A DNA stretch of 64,000 nt from a virus (lineage: Duplodnaviria; Caudoviricetes). Positions within the stretch are counted from its first letter, which is position 1. The number at the start of each line of letters is the position of its first letter. The DNA lies in IMG/VR virus record IMGVR_UViG_3300050491_000011; one strand, 5' to 3'. A program made the translations under genes and the position numbers. The notes below the pieces were generated by a model. The model saw nothing but the letters and a program-made list of their open reading frames with translations, made no database searches and was not told where the DNA came from. Of the stretch, positions 28,743 to 37,554 are shown in pieces.

Positions 28743-29198
28743 ATGAATGGGTTAAGACCTACCGTCCGTAATGTCTTCTTCTACATGGCAGTTATTCTTC
28801 TTGTACTCGCTGCATTGAAGTGCGGCGCTGTCTACAGTAAGTACGGTATTGAAGAACCGCGTGAGGTTAAGCTGACTGAAGCTTGGTCGTACCTAAGTGG
28901 CAATAAGCAATCCATGTCCGAACATTGGAAGGGCTATTTCATTGACGTGAAGTCAGGTAAGAGTTTCGAGCGTGAACTCGAAGGGCGTCTTTATAACCAG
29001 TTCCGTAACAACGGCCCTATCACGATGACAGTGAACTTGCCGCGAGAATACTGGGCTGCGCCCGGCGACAGTGTTGAGAACCGTGAGGAGGCTATTTCCT
29101 TCTTCGGTAAGTGGATTCTGTGGATCGTGATAGGGTTCCTACTCCTCAAGTGGTGGTTAGGTACTTGGGGCGAATGGGGAGACAAATACAACTATTGA
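28743..29198 (+). CDS. two-TM membrane protein, paralog of 29994-30455
   Basis: GGAGA RBS; N- and C-terminal TM helices. Confidence 0.8.
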   Translation: MNGLRPTVRNVFFYMAVILLVLAALKCGAVYSKYGIEEPREVKLTEAWSYLSGNKQSMSEHWKGYFIDVKSGKSFERELEGRLYNQFRNNGPITMTVNLPREYWAAPGDSVENREEAISFFGKWILWIVIGFLLLKWWLGTWGEWGDKYNY

Positions 29199-29225
29199 TG
29201 CTATGCCCACCTTGAGGATAGCATC

Positions 29226-29672
29226 ATGGCATCAAAAGAAAGACTGTTTGGTAATCTGGACACGCGTGAATTAGCACGTCAGGACTATCTCCTATTAGGA
29301 GACTTCTGGCGTCAAGACAAAGAGCTGGGACACATCGTTGCAAAGAAAGGCTTTCGTACCAACTACGCAAGTATCGATATCTTGCTGAAGACTGGTTTGA
29401 TTTTCTTCTATGCCTTCTTGGCAAGTTACGGGGATCAGTCTGCAACCATCCACGACTGGCTGTATAGCGGCTATGGCATCGAACGTGCTAACGGCAGTAT
29501 CTACTATCCTACCCGTAGAGAATGCGATGAGATCTTCCACAGAGCCTTGCTGGATGAGGGTGTGGGACCTATCAGAGCGATGTTGTTCTACATCGGTGTA
29601 AGGTTGGGCGGCGCTTCGCATTATTCACATGAACCAGTTACGTTTGTGCCTCAGGCTGTAATCGAGGCGTAG
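29226..29672 (+). CDS. DUF1353-like protein
   Basis: GFRTNYASI, HDWLY, ECDEIF, GVRLGG. Confidence 0.75.
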   Translation: MASKERLFGNLDTRELARQDYLLLGDFWRQDKELGHIVAKKGFRTNYASIDILLKTGLIFFYAFLASYGDQSATIHDWLYSGYGIERANGSIYYPTRRECDEIFHRALLDEGVGPIRAMLFYIGVRLGGASHYSHEPVTFVPQAVIEA

Positions 29673-29693
29673 TAGATTAATAGAAGGGCGACC

Positions 29694-29984
29694 ATGGAAC
29701 GATTTCATCGTAAGAAAGAAGCAGAAGCGAGAGGATTCTACTTTCTAGATCATGAATGTACCGGTAAGGTTTACACCGGGAAGTCCATGAACATCATGAA
29801 AGAAGTATTGGCCATCAGAGCGGCCTTGAGAGTCGGGAACTGTAAATGCAAGAAGCTTCAGAAGCTCTTCAATTCAGATCCTGAGTTTGATGTGCGGTTT
29901 GTATTAACGAAGGCAATGCCTGACGCTGCGCTACTCGAGAAAGAGTTCCGTAAAGGTAAGCCCAAACATCTATTGATCAACTGA
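29694..29984 (+). CDS. small GIY-YIG nuclease-like protein
   Basis: GFYFLDHECTGKVYTG followed by the typical helix and a C-terminal E..N. Confidence 0.6.
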   Translation: MERFHRKKEAEARGFYFLDHECTGKVYTGKSMNIMKEVLAIRAALRVGNCKCKKLQKLFNSDPEFDVRFVLTKAMPDAALLEKEFRKGKPKHLLIN

Positions 29985-29993
29985 GGTAAAGAC

Positions 29994-30455
29994 ATGAAGT
30001 CTATCTGGACTGTATTCAAACCGTGGAATCTTCCGTGGCTACTCATCACCATCGGGTTGGCGTTTACGTCGTACCACTATTACGGTGAGTATTCAGCTTA
30101 CCGTAATAAGGCGCCTCGTGAAGTCGTTCTCCTCGATACGTGGAGTGAAATGCGCGGATCGAAACACAGCGTACATGAGGAGTTCGTTGGATACTTCCGC
30201 GATAACCTCACGGGTGCTGGTTTCGAGTATCCGGTAAGTGGTGGTCTTCACAAGTCGTTCTCCAAGACACTGAAGGCGATGCCTCTGAAGTTTCCGTTGG
30301 CGGAGCGCGACCTGAAGTTAGGGCAGCATAAAGACTGGATGATGTTCGTCTTCCTGATTGCCGGCATTGTGTCGTTGGTATCGCTGGTAGTACGTGTCGG
30401 TATCTGGGGCGAATCGATCAGCAAGAAGTCGTACGAGAAACACAAGAAAGAATAG
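29994..30455 (+). CDS. two-TM membrane protein, paralog of 28743-29198
   Basis: GAGGT RBS; shared EV.L...WS...G.K.S..E...GYF.D motif. Confidence 0.8.
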   Translation: MKSIWTVFKPWNLPWLLITIGLAFTSYHYYGEYSAYRNKAPREVVLLDTWSEMRGSKHSVHEEFVGYFRDNLTGAGFEYPVSGGLHKSFSKTLKAMPLKFPLAERDLKLGQHKDWMMFVFLIAGIVSLVSLVVRVGIWGESISKKSYEKHKKE

Positions 30456-30462
30456 TACGCGA

Positions 30463-30492
30463 CATAAGGCCCGGCGTGAGCCGGGCTTTATG
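30463..30492. terminator. bidirectional CATAAGGCCCGGC/GCCGGGCTTTATG hairpin
   Basis: between convergent genes. Confidence 0.8.
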
Positions 30493-30499
30493 CTGTTCG

Positions 30500-33400
30500 T
30501 TACTTGATGCTGCGTTCCATCCACAACAGCAGAGCGATGATCGTGTCCTTAGCGATCGAGTCTGGATGAGGTAGGCTCTCCACGAAGACTTGACAAACTC
30601 CCTGGTGATACCACTTATCGTAGAAATCCATGTACAGGGGATTGTCGTAATCGTAGATAGCGTCACTGAAAGCAGAGCCATCCGAGTGATCCAACCAAGT
30701 GAACCAGTAGTCCTGCTCATACATCGGAAGGAGCTGCTCGATCAACTTAACTGCCTGTAGGATCTCAGCTTGTGTCAATGCCTTGATCGTATCAGGAGCC
30801 TTCACTGGGATTTCACGACGGTTAATCCAAATGTCGAACTCACGTTTCTCCACCTTTTCGGTGAAGACCATGTGGCCACCGATAGAGTGAGTAGGCTTCA
30901 GATCAGTGATAGGGGTTGGGATTTTGTTGAAGTCGGCGATAGCCTTCTCCCCCAGCTCCTTTACCTTATCCGCATCATCTTCATTGATCGCCGCGATGAT
31001 CTTCGGCTTCACATCCTTGTAGATCGATTGAACCGCGTCGTTCATGGCTTTCAGTTGACCATGGTACTTATCGCACATCCGACTAGCGTCATTCACAGCG
31101 CTACTGACAGCAGATACCGATCCCAAGAACTTACCGTTCACCGACAGTTCTTGAGCGATGCCACCACTTGATACCGTGGTATTGAAAGTCTGTTCCGACA
31201 ACCATTTACTGTTGCCGAAGTATTCTTTCAGGTATCTGTCGAGGCCTGTCGCATCGAGATGGTTGTGCTTTTCTTTAATGACGGCCTTGTTCTTGGCTTC
31301 ATCCATCTTCTTCTTTGGATCGCCGACGATCAGACTTTTAATGCTCTTCAGCATGTCGGAGAAACTTTCAAAGGAAGGTGGAATAACCTTGATCTGCACA
31401 GAGTAACCATGCAGAGCCTGCTTGATATCGACAGGCACGCAACGAACGATGTTCTTGCTGACTTCGCCTTGAGTCTTGTACTCGCCAGACAATCCATTGA
31501 CTGGGTTGTAGTTCGCCATCCAACCATCTTTGACGTCAGGTTTGATCGTGTACAGGAATACCTGCAACGAATGAACATCAGCGAGTGTCAGAGGTTCGTT
31601 CGACTCGATCTCGATACGACGGCCAGTGAACTTGTAGCGGTTGAGTTTGAACTTCTTCTCGATAGCCGAGGAGATACCCAACATCACCGCTGCATCTTTA
31701 TCGTCAGATGCGTAGAGCCATTCATTAGACTCGCACTTATCCCAACGAACGATCTCACCGCTACGCTGGAAGCCAGGCATCAACTCACCTTGCTTGAACG
31801 CAGAACCATGGTACAGATAGTTCGGCAGATCCACTTCTGGTTCTTCACGCATGGAGTGCGGCGCAACGGTGTCGCTCACTTCGCGGCTATAAGCAGCCGA
31901 CTGAGAGTTCCAGCCTTCGCCACCACCACGATGCATGTCGCCTTGGAAGACACCAAGCAGATCAGCAACGAACCCAGCCAGATCAGACATGAAGTCGAAC
32001 ACTTCCAGAGACAGAGTCTCAGTGTCCACGTTCTTGATGCCGAGGATAGATGCGGTCATTTCAGCCGACCACGTCAGGATGTCGTTACTGCGAGTGGAGA
32101 TGTTTGGAGCATCGCCAGTATCCAGCAAGAAATCGAAGACGAATACTTCACTGTCTTGACCCAAGCGGGCAGCACGAGCGATTGTCTGTGTGCGAATCGC
32201 ATCACGGAACGGTTGGTTCAACATCAGGATGGTGTTGGCTACTGTCAACGGAACGGCAGTTGACAGACTCTGGAACGTAGCCACCAGAGGATTGAGATCC
32301 TCATCCTTGTAGTACTTGGCCACGATGGTTGGTAAGTCCTTGTTGGTCTCACCGTAAACCTTCGCTGGGGTATACCCATCGTGGTACAGTTTGTCGGCAG
32401 CAGCTTCCAGCACTTCAACGTAACTGGTGAAGACCAGCGTCTTCTTCTTAGCCGCATCGATATACTTCTCAAGATCGATGTGTGCCAGCATGTCCAGGTG
32501 GCATGCACTGCGAGCCTTACCAAGCACCCCGCCGAGTGCTTCACCCATGATCTTCAACTTGACATATTTAACAACGCTGCGGGCACCTTTGAACTCAGCT
32601 TTCAGAGAACCATTCAGCTGCGGCATGATGGTCTTCAGCTCGTACCGATTACAGAGCTGAGCCTCAGCCTTCATGGTCATCGGATCAAATCCGCCAGATA
32701 CAGTTGCAAAAGCAGATCGATAAGCATTGAACTCACGACGATCAAGATCAGTACGAAGAGTCTTCTCAAATTCATTGAGACCTTCCTTGTACTTATCTTC
32801 GTAGAACTTCCGGTTCTTCTCGTAGTAGTCCCTGCGTTCATCAATGAACTTACGCATCCGAGCGCCGATGGCTTCCAACGTATAGTCGTTACCATTAGGC
32901 ATCTTCACCATGACCTGTTCCACAGTCACCACTGTGTCTACCACGTCCTGTTTAGGAACGTGATACTTCAGGTGACCGATACGGTTACGGAGAATGTCGT
33001 TTGCGCGCTTAGCATCCTTGCCGTAGATCTTACGGAAGGCTTCTTCGCAGTTGTCATCAAAGTACGGATCGACACACTTAAGGAAAGGAATACATTCCGA
33101 TCCCATCGCTTGGATTGGTGTGCCAGACATCCAGAGGCAGTAAGCAATAGTCGGCATCTTACACATCTCGACCAAGAGCTGGGTGCGGTCGGCAGCAAGA
33201 CGGTTGAAGTTGTGCGACTCGTCGACGATGATCATGGCGTCTTTGAAGTCACGAGGGTTGGCTTTAACGAAATCGAAGATCGTTTGGATCGACTCGTAGT
33301 GGCAAACGTAGAAGTGCTCGTCCAGCGTCGGGAGACGACCTTCAGTACTCACCCAGTAACGACGCTTGGTCATCATGATGTCTTGGATGGTATCTTTCCA

Positions 33401-33955
33401 AACACGCTCTGCGGCGTTCTTAGGAGTGAAGATGATAACCTTCGGCGCATGTAAGCATTCACTCAGCACGAGACTAGTGACGGTCTTGCCGGTGCCTGCG
33501 CCAGCATCCAGCAGATAACCTTTAAGCTTGTAAGCAGGAACCATACGCCCGTACAGTTGAGCGAACTCACGCTGGAATGGCTTCAGCGGGAATGGTACTT
33601 GCTTGTCCACAACGGACATGTCAGTGATCGACTTGACATCACGGTCAACATCACCGAGCCAAGTCTTCTCACGCAGTTCTTCAATGACCTTAGCCAGTAC
33701 ACGCTTCGGAGTACGGGTCTGCTTGTCATCGTACATCGTTTGACACATGTACAGGAAGTCGAACCCGAAGAAGTGACGCATCTTGAATTCACTACTACGG
33801 ACGTTCTGGAACATGTGCTTGTAGAGGGCGCTGGTTCCCCAGATACGATACACGTCCTTAAAGAACAACATCGTACTGATACCTTCCACTACAATGAAAT
33901 CACGGGTAGTGGTCACGTCCACTAATCCTAGACGACGCCTTAATCCTGCTAACAT
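30500..33955 (-). CDS. SF2/SNF2-like helicase fused to an ART-like domain and a third domain (probable virion protein)
   Basis: GAGTGKT, IIVDESHNF, MSGTPI and QTIARAARLGQ in aa 1-650; then LYHGS/WLYAS/GEY. Confidence 0.85.
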   Translation of the reverse strand: MLAGLRRRLGLVDVTTTRDFIVVEGISTMLFFKDVYRIWGTSALYKHMFQNVRSSEFKMRHFFGFDFLYMCQTMYDDKQTRTPKRVLAKVIEELREKTWLGDVDRDVKSITDMSVVDKQVPFPLKPFQREFAQLYGRMVPAYKLKGYLLDAGAGTGKTVTSLVLSECLHAPKVIIFTPKNAAERVWKDTIQDIMMTKRRYWVSTEGRLPTLDEHFYVCHYESIQTIFDFVKANPRDFKDAMIIVDESHNFNRLAADRTQLLVEMCKMPTIAYCLWMSGTPIQAMGSECIPFLKCVDPYFDDNCEEAFRKIYGKDAKRANDILRNRIGHLKYHVPKQDVVDTVVTVEQVMVKMPNGNDYTLEAIGARMRKFIDERRDYYEKNRKFYEDKYKEGLNEFEKTLRTDLDRREFNAYRSAFATVSGGFDPMTMKAEAQLCNRYELKTIMPQLNGSLKAEFKGARSVVKYVKLKIMGEALGGVLGKARSACHLDMLAHIDLEKYIDAAKKKTLVFTSYVEVLEAAADKLYHDGYTPAKVYGETNKDLPTIVAKYYKDEDLNPLVATFQSLSTAVPLTVANTILMLNQPFRDAIRTQTIARAARLGQDSEVFVFDFLLDTGDAPNISTRSNDILTWSAEMTASILGIKNVDTETLSLEVFDFMSDLAGFVADLLGVFQGDMHRGGGEGWNSQSAAYSREVSDTVAPHSMREEPEVDLPNYLYHGSAFKQGELMPGFQRSGEIVRWDKCESNEWLYASDDKDAAVMLGISSAIEKKFKLNRYKFTGRRIEIESNEPLTLADVHSLQVFLYTIKPDVKDGWMANYNPVNGLSGEYKTQGEVSKNIVRCVPVDIKQALHGYSVQIKVIPPSFESFSDMLKSIKSLIVGDPKKKMDEAKNKAVIKEKHNHLDATGLDRYLKEYFGNSKWLSEQTFNTTVSSGGIAQELSVNGKFLGSVSAVSSAVNDASRMCDKYHGQLKAMNDAVQSIYKDVKPKIIAAINEDDADKVKELGEKAIADFNKIPTPITDLKPTHSIGGHMVFTEKVEKREFDIWINRREIPVKAPDTIKALTQAEILQAVKLIEQLLPMYEQDYWFTWLDHSDGSAFSDAIYDYDNPLYMDFYDKWYHQGVCQVFVESLPHPDSIAKDTIIALLLWMERSIK

Positions 33956-33992
33956 GGTGTTCCCCGTACTTCAAATAATGGAAGGTAAATGA

Positions 33993-33996
33993 CATA
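33993..33996 (-). promoter_or_regulatory. putative late promoter core TATG upstream of helicase fusion
   Basis: AT-rich context 38 nt upstream of start; a 4-mer carries little information. Confidence 0.35.
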
Positions 33997-34020
33997 AAAT
34001 GTGTTGCTGCTTACTGAACG

Positions 34021-34040
34021 GTTTTATAGGCACACATAAT
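34021..34040 (+). promoter_or_regulatory. putative early promoter (GGCACACAT)
   Basis: recurrent motif in divergent intergenic region. Confidence 0.45.
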
Positions 34041-34060
34041 CAAAGTACATAACCGCAATC

Positions 34061-34073
34061 GACTGAGGAAGTC
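34061..34073 (+). promoter_or_regulatory. SD hairpin GACT-GAGGA-AGTC (compensatory variant)
   Basis: ATG 34077. Confidence 0.8.
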
Positions 34074-34076
34074 AGC

Positions 34077-34625
34077 ATGACCGAGCTTAAAGATCCGTAC
34101 GTTTTGTTTGAAGCACTGGTAGCAATTTCTAAGGGCTGCACTAACGTAACTCAGGCCAAGAGTATCGCAGCACAAGCGCTTAAAGACTACAGCGCTGGTG
34201 ATGTACGTTTGGCTGTGAAGTCTGGCGTAGACAAAGTGACTGGCGCGGTGTTCCAACCTGTTACTCCGGGAATGTATACGAAGCCTGGCCAGAACTTAAC
34301 TAGCTACGTTCTGGACATTCCTTATAACGACGAATGCGAATACCGCTGCGTGTACGTCAGTTATCGTAACGGCGATTCCACTCGATTCATCCTTGAGACT
34401 CCTAAAGGCGTTGATACTAACGTACTCAAGAACGAACTCAAGGATGCTGGTCTCGGTTGGTATCTGCGTAACAATCCTGAATTCAAATACTGGATTCTGG
34501 ATGATGTCGCTAAGACCAAGATCGAAGCAGACTTCAAACCAACCACTCCGGTAATCACAATCCGCGAGTGGAACCACAATAAACGTTTCCGCCATGGCTA
34601 CATTGTGGTGGGTAAACACTCATGA
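34077..34625 (+). CDS. hypothetical protein
   Basis: SD hairpin upstream. Confidence 0.8.
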   Translation: MTELKDPYVLFEALVAISKGCTNVTQAKSIAAQALKDYSAGDVRLAVKSGVDKVTGAVFQPVTPGMYTKPGQNLTSYVLDIPYNDECEYRCVYVSYRNGDSTRFILETPKGVDTNVLKNELKDAGLGWYLRNNPEFKYWILDDVAKTKIEADFKPTTPVITIREWNHNKRFRHGYIVVGKHS

Positions 34626-35962
34626 GGAACCCATCGATGTCCAGCACTACTTCCATTGCGTTCTCCACCGTCAACCGTTACGCGCCTCAAGCGGCTTACC
34701 TGGTCGGCAATCCTGTCAGCGTACTTCCTGACGAGATCACTGCTGCAAACTTGGCTGAACATTTCTGCCACCGGAAAGATACATTGCACGAACGTATCTT
34801 CGATGCTTCCCAAGAGAACCGTCTGCAATTCGTCATTACCCACACGGTAAGCCAGTCTGCTAACTCGACCCTGGTTTACCACCTGTTCGGGTATTCCGAT
34901 CACGACGGTAACCCTGAACTCCTGTCCGATGACATGAAGCTCTATTTCAGCCGGGCGGTCACAATCCGTTCTACGCTGATCCGCGACATCACCGGTTGCC
35001 GAACCATCTCCAACGTGGTAGAAGATGCACTGCTGACGCAGGGCTGGATGGAAGGCGCTCGGGTTCTACGTCCTAGCGACATCTTCCAGAATCTGGGTTC
35101 CGAGGCGGCTTTCAGTGCGTTCATCACGCCCGGTATGAAATGCATCAACCTGTCTGGCGCTTTCAATAAGAATCAGGTGAAGATGATGCACACGAGTAAC
35201 GAGAGTCCTGCTCGTTATATCAAGACCATCTCTGATGCACTTCACGGTGCTATCAAAGACTGCATCGCTGATCCGATAGAAATGAAAGACGACTATCTGT
35301 TCAGCGCGGCGATGGATCGTACCTGCGAACCTTCGCTCATGCACCACTGGTTCCTCAGTGAATTGGTGCGTTCAACCAAGTTCGAATTCGACGGGTTCGT
35401 AACTCTCGGCGACTTCAAGCAAGTGTTTGAACCTGAAACGGTATCGGCGATGATCACCGAGTCTGTTGATCGTACAGACCTCACCCCGTGGACTGGCTCG
35501 GTAGAATCTTATCTGGCCAACCTTCTGATCAATACCGTCAACGCGAGCATGACTGACTACGGTTACATGTCTGTTCGCGTTGACGGGGTAATCGGTAAGG
35601 TTACAACGGCAGCGCTAAACGGTTCCAGCATGCTGGATAAGAATACGTTCGATGATCTCATTCCTGAGTTCGATATCAAACGTCCTCCGTTTGTCAGTAT
35701 CGTGAAGAACGATCTGAAGGCCTTCGTGTGGAATCCAGCAGATGCGGAAATCCAGTTCAACGTGAAAGTCGATATCGCAGGCGTTGCTACAGTCAGCATT
35801 AAAGTCGGCGAAGAAGCACCTCAGATCTTCGAACGTCCGATGTACATGGTCGGTATGTTGTCCGGTCAGTGGGCGGTTGATGAATCTCTTATCGATCGCA
35901 CTCGTTCGTACTTCAAGGACGCTATCAGTGTTCTGACCAGTCGGGCAATCGTTCAGCAGTAA
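34622..35962 (+). CDS. hypothetical protein (446 aa; alternative ATG 34637)
   Basis: long ORF ending at bidirectional terminator. Confidence 0.85.
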   Translation: MRNPSMSSTTSIAFSTVNRYAPQAAYLVGNPVSVLPDEITAANLAEHFCHRKDTLHERIFDASQENRLQFVITHTVSQSANSTLVYHLFGYSDHDGNPELLSDDMKLYFSRAVTIRSTLIRDITGCRTISNVVEDALLTQGWMEGARVLRPSDIFQNLGSEAAFSAFITPGMKCINLSGAFNKNQVKMMHTSNESPARYIKTISDALHGAIKDCIADPIEMKDDYLFSAAMDRTCEPSLMHHWFLSELVRSTKFEFDGFVTLGDFKQVFEPETVSAMITESVDRTDLTPWTGSVESYLANLLINTVNASMTDYGYMSVRVDGVIGKVTTAALNGSSMLDKNTFDDLIPEFDIKRPPFVSIVKNDLKAFVWNPADAEIQFNVKVDIAGVATVSIKVGEEAPQIFERPMYMVGMLSGQWAVDESLIDRTRSYFKDAISVLTSRAIVQQ

Positions 35963-35966
35963 GCGG

Positions 35967-36014
35967 CATAAGTACCCACTCCTTCGGGAGTGGGTACTGT
36001 CACTTCTTTTTTTT
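35967..36014. terminator. terminator between convergent genes
   Basis: 12-bp stem AGTACCCACTCC/GGAGTGGGTACT, spacer, T8. Confidence 0.85.
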
Positions 36015-36330
36015 AGAGTTCTTCTTCCGGAATGTCCACCATCGACACCGTCTGACCAGCCAGCTCGTGAGTGCAGTCATTGAGGAATTCCCACTGACCG
36101 TTACGAATAAAGCTGTGGCAAACAACGGCTTCCGTGCAGAACTTATTGAACTGAACCATAATGCTCGGAGAGTAAGTCGGCATATTGACGTTACCGTCCC
36201 ACTGCCATTGCTGACCGCTCCCACTTGGCTTATCGATTGCGATGTGATGCATCCACTTACAGCCTGGGCAATAGAGCCCGTGCATATGTCCAGCAAAGAG
36301 TTCGATCTTTGGTGAAAGTAATTCACTCAT
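36013..36330 (-). CDS. small Cys/His metal-binding protein, DUF6527-like
   Basis: CPGCKWMH, PTYSPSI, CHSFIRNGQWEFLNDCTHELAGQ. Confidence 0.7.
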   Translation of the reverse strand: MSELLSPKIELFAGHMHGLYCPGCKWMHHIAIDKPSGSGQQWQWDGNVNMPTYSPSIMVQFNKFCTEAVVCHSFIRNGQWEFLNDCTHELAGQTVSMVDIPEEEL

Positions 36331-36366
36331 GATTTGTATGTCCTATAGAACCGTTGGGGAACTAAC

Positions 36367-37209
36367 ATGTTGGCCGTGATAATCAAAGGTAATCCTAAGT
36401 TCATCAATACAGCATTAGCGAGAACGTACTACTCCGACATCGAGAAGTATCTCAAAGCCCTCGGCTATAAGGTTGAATTCGATGAGGGTAATGACTACAC
36501 CAGACCCCGACAAGATGCTGATCTGTACGTCGCACACTCCCGCGGTGTCGGACGTTACGAGTTCATGGAAGAGAGGAATAAATCGAAGTTCGTGAAGCTT
36601 GGTAGTCTGGACGGTGCAATCGATCCAGTCGATCGTAAGTGGCAGGAAGAAGTCTGGCATCCGGGCATCAAGACGCCACCGCCGCATGAACACTTCATCT
36701 TCACCGACATCCAGAAAGATGCGATCCTTCAAGTAGGCGGCGTTTCGATTGATTCGCTCAAGAAGGTAAATGGTCTATCCAGTACTCTTAGTCCAGATCT
36801 TCGAAGACTCGTAGAGCTGGCGATGAAGGACCCTTACCTCGGGACGCCTGCATTGAAGAGCAACATGGAGAACATCACACCTCTCCTCTATAAAGGTCGC
36901 ACCGTTGGTTTCGCCGTTCCGTTCCGTGAGAGCGACGGTTACTGGCGTACTGGTTCTATCTATATAGAACCCGCATTCCGGCGTAAAGGGATTGCTCACG
37001 AATGGATTGAATCCTTCATGGAAGGTAAAGCTGGACGTGCGTGGATCGATCCACGTAACGCATCGAGCATCGCAGCTTACACTGCGGCAGGCTTTACCAA
37101 GTCAGGGCGGCATGTCAAATCCCCGATCTCAGGTAATTGGTTTGATGAGTATCTAACCGAAGAAGCCGGCATGGAAAGTGCACCACCTAAGACCTTATTG
37201 ACCTGGTGA
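36367..37209 (+). CDS. alpha/beta-hydrolase-like domain fused to a GNAT acetyltransferase
   Basis: YVAHSRG elbow; IYIEPAFRRKGIA acetyl-CoA motif A; N..S.A.Y...GF motif B. Confidence 0.75.
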   Translation: MLAVIIKGNPKFINTALARTYYSDIEKYLKALGYKVEFDEGNDYTRPRQDADLYVAHSRGVGRYEFMEERNKSKFVKLGSLDGAIDPVDRKWQEEVWHPGIKTPPPHEHFIFTDIQKDAILQVGGVSIDSLKKVNGLSSTLSPDLRRLVELAMKDPYLGTPALKSNMENITPLLYKGRTVGFAVPFRESDGYWRTGSIYIEPAFRRKGIAHEWIESFMEGKAGRAWIDPRNASSIAAYTAAGFTKSGRHVKSPISGNWFDEYLTEEAGMESAPPKTLLTW

Positions 37210-37223
37210 TCACTATTATATAT

Positions 37224-37490
37224 GTACTAGGCTGCTTCGGGCTGATGAAGCCAAGTATCATGCTAGGTGGGCTCACACGCTCCTCCACCTAGCCACTGAG
37301 GTCGGGACGCTCTCCTCGACCTAGGCGTTGATGTTCGCGGGTTCGTCAACGTCTTGTTAGGTACTCAGTACTTAGCCGTTTGTTCAGGGTATTGCGAGAG
37401 CGCGCCTTGAGCAAACGGATAGCTACTGCGCCCCTGTGTGTTATCGGTATTCTCCCCACCCACTGGATTCGTCTGGTGGGTGGGGTTTAT
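37224..37490 (+). ncRNA. candidate structured ncRNA B (about 265 nt)
   Basis: no ORF >=60 aa on either strand; TATG at 37221; five consecutive hairpins, loop-loop complement, terminal hairpin 37454-37485. Confidence 0.65.
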
Positions 37491-37500
37491 GCTGCGTTAA

Positions 37501-37522
37501 TAAACCGCAGTCACACATTACC
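37501..37522 (+). promoter_or_regulatory. putative early promoter (AGTCACACATT)
   Basis: recurrent motif. Confidence 0.5.
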
Positions 37523-37554
37523 ATTTTAGATACACCAACCAAAGGAGAAGTTCC

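Noticed and set aside
29694-29984. Group I intron or mobile element around the GIY-YIG gene
   Set aside because: Free-standing ORF, no interrupted host gene, and no intron core elements seen.
34622-35962. Possible chimallin or other nucleus-related core protein
   Set aside because: No chimallin-like sequence recognised; any core-gene assignment needs an HMM search.
37242-37270. CTGATGA in RNA B suggesting a hammerhead ribozyme
   Set aside because: No stem II followed by GAAA, and no matching cleavage-site arrangement.
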